A stretch of DNA of 63,908 nucleotides, the filler included, from Craspedostauros australis (Eukaryota), in NCBI GenBank assembly GCA_030167865.1. It is 13 parts of 13 records of this genome, joined end to end, with 100 filler letters (N's around TTAATTAATTAA, not from the genome) between each part and the next. Parts side by side here need not be neighbours in the genome. Positions count along the whole stretch, not along the records: positions 58,563 to 61,654 come from JALAGF010005221.1; positions 61,755 to 63,908 come from JALAGF010005223.1; 11 more parts are not named here. The stretch is one strand, 5' to 3'. The translations under genes were made by a program, and so were the position numbers. A model generated the notes under the pieces. The model was not told the origin of the DNA. It saw only the letters and a program-made list of their open reading frames with translations, and ran no database searches. This document shows positions 58,563 to 63,908 of the stretch, piece by piece; position 1 is the stretch's first letter, and the number at the start of each line of letters is the position of its first letter.

Positions 58563-61500
58563 GGATGTCCAGCTTTGCGGCGGGATGGCCAGGCTTGCAC
58601 ACAACCACTCTGGAACCAAGACTTGCAGGTGGCTCAGGTTGGGCTTTATGCCATGCGGAAGCTGGTATGGAGTGGTGTTGATGATGGAGTGCCAAAGCTT
58701 ATTCTTGACATACACTGCATGTGCAAGGGCATGAACCTGGAACTTGGGATGCAGGCCTGAGGAGNNNNNNNNNNNNNNNNNNNNNNNNNNNNNNNNNNNN
58801 NNNNNNNNNNNNNNTGCCATTGTGAGACAGTTGGAACCCAAGGTTGAGCAGAAGTTGTGGTCCTGGTGGACGTTCATGGACAGAGAAGTGGGCCTCATTG
58901 AAGATCAGGTTGCCAGTGGTCTTGATATGCACCGGATCCAAGTTGAAATATTCTTGGAGCGAGGGTGTGGCAGTATGACCAACAAAGATGCTGTTGTAGG
59001 TGTGGATGTCCAGCTTTGCGGCGGGATGGCCAGGCTTGCACACAACCACTCTGGAACCAAGACTTGCAGGTGGCTCAGGTTGGGCTTNNNNNNNNNNNNN
59101 NNNNNNNNNNNNNNNNNNNNNNNNNNNNNNNNNNNNNNNNNNNNNNNNNNNNNNNNNNNNNNNNNNNNNNNNNNNNNNNNNNNNNNNNNNNNNNNNNNNN
59201 NNNNNNNNNNNNNNNATCTGGCCATCACACCAAAGGTGCGGTTGATTCCCTCGACCTTGCCATTCATCCAAGCGCATCTGGCCCCAGTAGGTTCCAGAGT
59301 GTATCCCGCAGACCGGACAACCTCCTGGAAGGCACTCGATCATGCAAGTTCGCCACCAGTGTCGACCCTCACCGCCTTGCAACCATCTTTGCAACCAAAC
59401 TCACGAAGCAGGTTGGCAAACATGTCCACAGGTGGGATATGGTCTTGGTAGGGGAACACCTAAGTGTACCGAGTGCACGCATCAATGACAAGAAAGTACG
59501 AGTGTACCCTTCAAGAGGCTGCACCACCTGTTCGACTTGGCAGAGTTGCGNNNNNNNNNNNNNNNNNNNNNNNNNNNNNNNNNNNNNNNNNNNNNNNNGT
59601 CAGCATGGAATCTTGCGCCAGTGGAGGGAACAGGGCTGCCATCTTGAGGTCCTTGAGGATCTGTCTGACACTGGGCTTGGCTGCATGTAGCACAATGCTG
59701 CATTGGATGTGCACAGTGGCAAGGAGGCCTGGAATACCAGAACAGTGCATATGGAGCCACTTCATGTGCGACATACCAGCGCANNNNNNNNNNNNNNNNN
59801 NNNNNNNNNNNNNNNNNNNNNNNNNNNNNNNNNTGCCATCTTGAGGTCCTTGAGGATCTGTCTGACACTGGGCTTGGCTGCATGTAGCACAATGCCGCAT
59901 TGGATGTGCACAGTGGCGAGGAGGCCTGGAATACCAGAACAGTGCATATGGAGCCACTTCATGTGCGACATACCAGCGCAGCCCAGGCACATATGCCAGA
60001 GCTCCGCGTTGAGTGCAGGCGGTGCACGCTGGACAGCGAACACAGCCAGCTTGACATCACCATCGGTATTGAAGAAGTAGAGTCCATTGCGACNNNNNNN
60101 NNNNNCATCAATGGAACAGCTGCGGCCATGGAAGGAGAGAACAGCCCCTGATGGACCGTCATGGAGCACATAGCACACAAAGTCATTGTCCTGCTGGCGA
60201 ACAATGGCCTGCAACGAGACAACATCTCAACCAGATCAGGGCAGAGCATTGTGTTGGCCTAAATCACTCCACCACACGAGCTGGGAATGGTGAGAGTGCC
60301 TTCTCTCTGGCATAGCATACAGGTCGCACTGGCATTGGCTGCAGCCAGTGGAACAAAATTGGTGTACCACTGATAGTCTTGGAGGATAGACCAGTCAGGC
60401 ACAGCACTGACGTTTGCGCAAGGATAGAATTCCCCCACATTGTCTATAGGGTTCCATGCATGCACCGTACTTCCAGAAGATGGGGCAAGTGAACAGNNNN
60501 NNNNNNNNNNNNNNNNNNNNNNNNNNNNNNNNNNNNNNNNNNNNNNAATGGTGAGAGTGCTTTCTCTCTAGCATAGCATACAGGTTGCACTGGCATTGGC
60601 TGCAGCCAGTGGGACAAAATTGGTGTACCATTGATAGTCTTGGAGGATAGACCAGTTAGGCACAGCACTGACGTTTGCGCAAGGATAGGATTCCCCCACA
60701 TTGTCTATAGGGTTCCATGCATGCACCGTACTTCCAGAAGATGGGGCAAGTGAACAGCGCAAGTGTGGGCAACTACNAAGGTGGCCAGCTTCGACAGAGT
60801 GATCTCTGGAGGGACAGACTGTGTGAGCGAGGGCACTTCATCACGTGGATGTCTTGCCCATGTCCTGCTAGTGCTTGGCGATAAAATATGCTGTTCGTCA
60901 AGGATTGCACCCAATCCTCACCAGCGGACCAAAATCGTGATTGAGGGCATCCTGAATCGCATCAGACAAGATGAGATCAGAGAAGTCACTGTCACCATGG
61001 TTCCTGAAGCGCTGTAGAGCATGANNNNNNNNNNNNNNNNNNNNNNNNNNNNNNNNNNNNNNNNNNNNNNNNNNGAGCATGAGCAGTTGCCTTTGATCTG
61101 TTGCAACCAAAGTGGGTGCAATAGCTTTTGTGAATCTTGTTGGCCTCATCAGGATGCTTTTGCACAAAGTGCATGAGATGGGTGGTGCGCCCAAAGGCTT
61201 TGCACGTACATGCCTTGTGTCCCATGTAGCAGCATGCTTTGCAGAAGGCATCCAGATTTGGCTTGTAGAAGGTATTGTGCCGCCTGCGCGGCCAACTGTT
61301 GTCCTGTCAGTCACCTCGTCCGCCACAACTACTGTGGGTTGGAGTGCAGTGGGCCTTGAGTGAAACAGCACTGCCAGGGGGATCTACAATTCTTGGGCAA
61401 GCTGCTCNNNNNNNNNNNNNNNNNNNNNNNNNNNNNNNNNNNNNNNNNNNNNNNNNNNNNNNNNNNNNNNNNNNNNNNTGTACCCGTGCTCACGCAGATC

Positions 61501-61654
61501 CTCGAGAGAGATAGGACTCAGGTTGAGGTTGGAGACAGAGCGGTGGAAGACGAGTCCCTTAATGTGCGGAAAGCCAAGCAGCTTCATAGCAAAACTCAAC
61601 AGAGCCTTCAAAGGCCAGCTGAGAGTTCACATGCTGCTGCGCAGTGTTGAAAGC
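58563..61654 (-). mobile_element. Degenerate Ty1/copia gag-integrase region
   Basis: Motifs NAELWHMCLG, GARFHAD, MNGKVEGINRTFGVMAR, ALAHAVYVKNKLWHS...TPYQ..HGIKPNLSHL and AKLDIHTYNSIFVGHTAT. Many stops and gaps; CpG-poor. Confidence 0.85.
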
Positions 61655-61754
61655 NNNNNNNNNNNNNNNNNNNNNNNNNNNNNNNNNNNNNNNNNNNNTT
61701 AATTAATTAANNNNNNNNNNNNNNNNNNNNNNNNNNNNNNNNNNNNNNNNNNNN

Positions 61755-62327
61755 AGCTTGGTCGATGCGCTTCTCTGTGATCTGATCCAAATTCTCCGAA
61801 GCTTGGTCGATGCGCTGCTTTGCAGCCTCGTCAGCCTGCTCCACTCCCTTCTTGATCAAGTGGCGACCAACGGCACCAACAAGTAGCACCTTCAGCACAA
61901 ACTCAAAGTATTGCGAGAGCATGGCGGAGCAAAGGGCTTTCCACAAGCCCCGCACAGATGGAAGACCCATACCTGTACCTTGCTGTCGGAAAATGGCACC
62001 TACAATCAAAATTGCAGCCACAGCCACAGCTCCGCCAGAACGACGGTCCAGTGCAAACGTAGAGCCTGGTGTACCATCCTTGGCCTTGCCTTCAGCTTCG
62101 TCAGTGTGTCCACCCATGGTCAACCCGGGCTTCTTGGTGGGGCCTCCAGCTTCGTCAGCATGTCCACCCAGGATCCACCAGGGCTTCTTGGTGGGGCCTC
62201 CAGCTTTGATGGTGTGTCCACCCATGATCAACACAGGCTTCTTGGTGAGGCTGCCTGTTGCGAAGGCAGACGTAGGTACTGCTGTGACGAGCAGCAGGGC
62301 AAGAATGATGGTGGAAGCAAACTTCAT
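61755..62327 (-). CDS. Signal-peptide protein with three 20-aa tandem repeats, TM segments and a coiled-coil repeat; 3'-truncated
   Basis: Signal MKFASTIILALLLVTAVPTSAF. Three TKKPxxxxGGHxxxA units (60-bp DNA repeats, about 62095-62245). Hydrophobic GAVAVAAILIVGAIF, then RIDQA repeats. Confidence 0.7.
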
Positions 62328-62434
62328 CGTTGGATGGTTTGCTTGGTGGTGGTGGTGGTGATGATGGTGATGGTGATGGTGATGNNNNNNNNNNNNNNNN
62401 NNNNNNNNNNNNNNNNNNNNNNNNNNNNNNNNNN

Positions 62435-62471
<37 letters not shown>

Positions 62472-63219
62472 AAGTAATTTTTGTGGTGGTTGAGTTGTAT
62501 TGTGTCTTCTTGCTTTCTTGGTGCTTGATTTTGTTGCAACCGTGTGTTTGTGTGTGAATAGTGGAAGGAACAGTGGAGGGAACAAAACGGTTTGGTTTTC
62601 ACGAGTGACAGTCGCGAACCGCCGAACTTTCGCGCCATTTTTACTGTGGGCGATTGGCTGTCGTGGCACTCGTCCTCACATTCACGCCTTGGACCTCGCA
62701 ACACAACACTCAATTCGACTCGATTTGACTCGATTCGATTCGACTTGCTTCAGTCACAGCACACTCCTGATTGGCCACTATACCTGTATTCAGTACTGAA
62801 TGCACAGCGTCTGTTGCGCTGCGACCCTCGTTCCAAATTTCGTCGAAGGGTCCTGGACATGACAACAGGCATGCACCGACCTACACGAATGAGAGGACCT
62901 TCGTCCCACACAAGAGTCTACATACGTATTCCACACCACGAGTACGACCTGCACAGAATGTAAAATGCAGCAAGCCAGCAAGCAATAACACTAGTTGTGG
63001 ATTTTTGTGGGTGATGAGGTTGGCTATGATTTATGATTGGCATTGTTTGTTCTCTAGTCTGACTTCAGATGTCGTTATTGGATTGATCGATCCATCGAGT
63101 AATCAGCCCATTGCGATGCATTGCATTGCATTGCATGCCATTCCATTCCATCACGGGTGCGCTCGCATACCACTCAGGCATGTTGTCCAACGAGTCTGGG
63201 TTCTTGATTCACACTCGAT

Positions 63220-63908
63220 TCACACTCCCTCATTCAGCTTGATCCAATTCTGAGTATGCTTGCCAATGTCATCGGCGATCTCCTTGGCGGCGTTTGGATT
63301 GCCAGCTCGGCTCGCGGCCTTGCTCAATTCAGCGAGCTTGGATTCATCGAGCAACCATCCCGAGACGGTTTCACCAATGACTTCCGGATTCTTGTCGAAG
63401 GCACCATAGCCACTTTCCAAAACGACGTCGACGTTGCCGGCTTCCTGTCCAGGGAGGAAGCTGTGGTTGCGATTGGAGTTGTTGGTGTTGTTGTTGATGA
63501 TGGCGATGGTTCGTATCATCAGATGACGAGAATAAGATGGAGCACGTGTGTGCGTGTGCGTGTGTGTGCGTTGTGTGTTTTCGAAGACGAGCAGGCAAAG
63601 CAAAACGGGTGTGAGAGACAGACAATGGATACTTCTGCCTTCGTTCGTTTGTTCTTTCCATTCATCCACTCATTCATTCACCAATCAATTCACCAATCAA
63701 TTCGCGGATTCATTCCAATAGTGGCGTACCTTGTCAACATGACGGGCAATCCAACAGAGGCGGCTTCAGCGATGGTACCTGGTCCCGCCTTCGTGACCAG
63801 CACATCCGATGCTGCCATATATTCCGCCATGTTGGTCACGAATCCCAAGCCAACCACGTTGACATTGCCAGGAGTGGCGACGGCGGCGACCAACGGACTT
63901 GTCTTGTT
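63220..63908 (-). CDS. MGD: Monogalactosyldiacylglycerol synthase (GT28), 3' end, intron 63461-63729
   Basis: [40 protein letters not shown] splices through a GT-AG intron to [14 protein letters not shown], the typical MGDG synthase C-terminus. Confidence 0.92.

Noticed and set aside
2524..61710. Recurring TTAATTAATTAA motif as a biological repeat or piggyBac TTAA sites
   Set aside because: It is always centred in uniform N blocks, so it is an artificial six-frame-stop linker. Adjacency across linkers has no biological meaning, for example YR cluster to LINE RT.

Overview
This window is eukaryotic DNA, most likely from a diatom or other photosynthetic stramenopile. The evidence is an MGDG synthase, diatom-type Ty1/copia elements, an Ambal-like LINE and a diatom-style Cys-rich secreted protein. 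It is not one locus: 12 artificial N-TTAATTAATTAA-N linkers join 13 separate scaffolds, and short N gaps often have the same sequence duplicated on both sides. About two thirds is transposon-derived. That portion includes several copia remnants, a plant-mariner-like DD38D transposase with one internal stop, PIF/Harbinger-ISL2EU-like transposases, nested TIR/MITE elements, and one near-intact APE-RT-RNaseH non-LTR retrotransposon plus a decayed relative. Host genes are XPF/ERCC4, SMU1, a membrane-anchored cyclophilin-like protein, a secreted Cys-rich protein, a repeat-bearing signal-peptide protein and the 3' end of MGDG synthase. The main discovery candidate is three diverged copies of a stand-alone tyrosine-recombinase gene on one scaffold (19.7-28.9 kb). 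They have no linked RT, carry an unusual GDY motif, and two of them share a 5' leader, which suggests a YR-type DNA mobile element family. A second candidate is a three-hairpin RNA architecture shared by the LINE 3' end and a 100-bp TSD-flanked retroposed insert.
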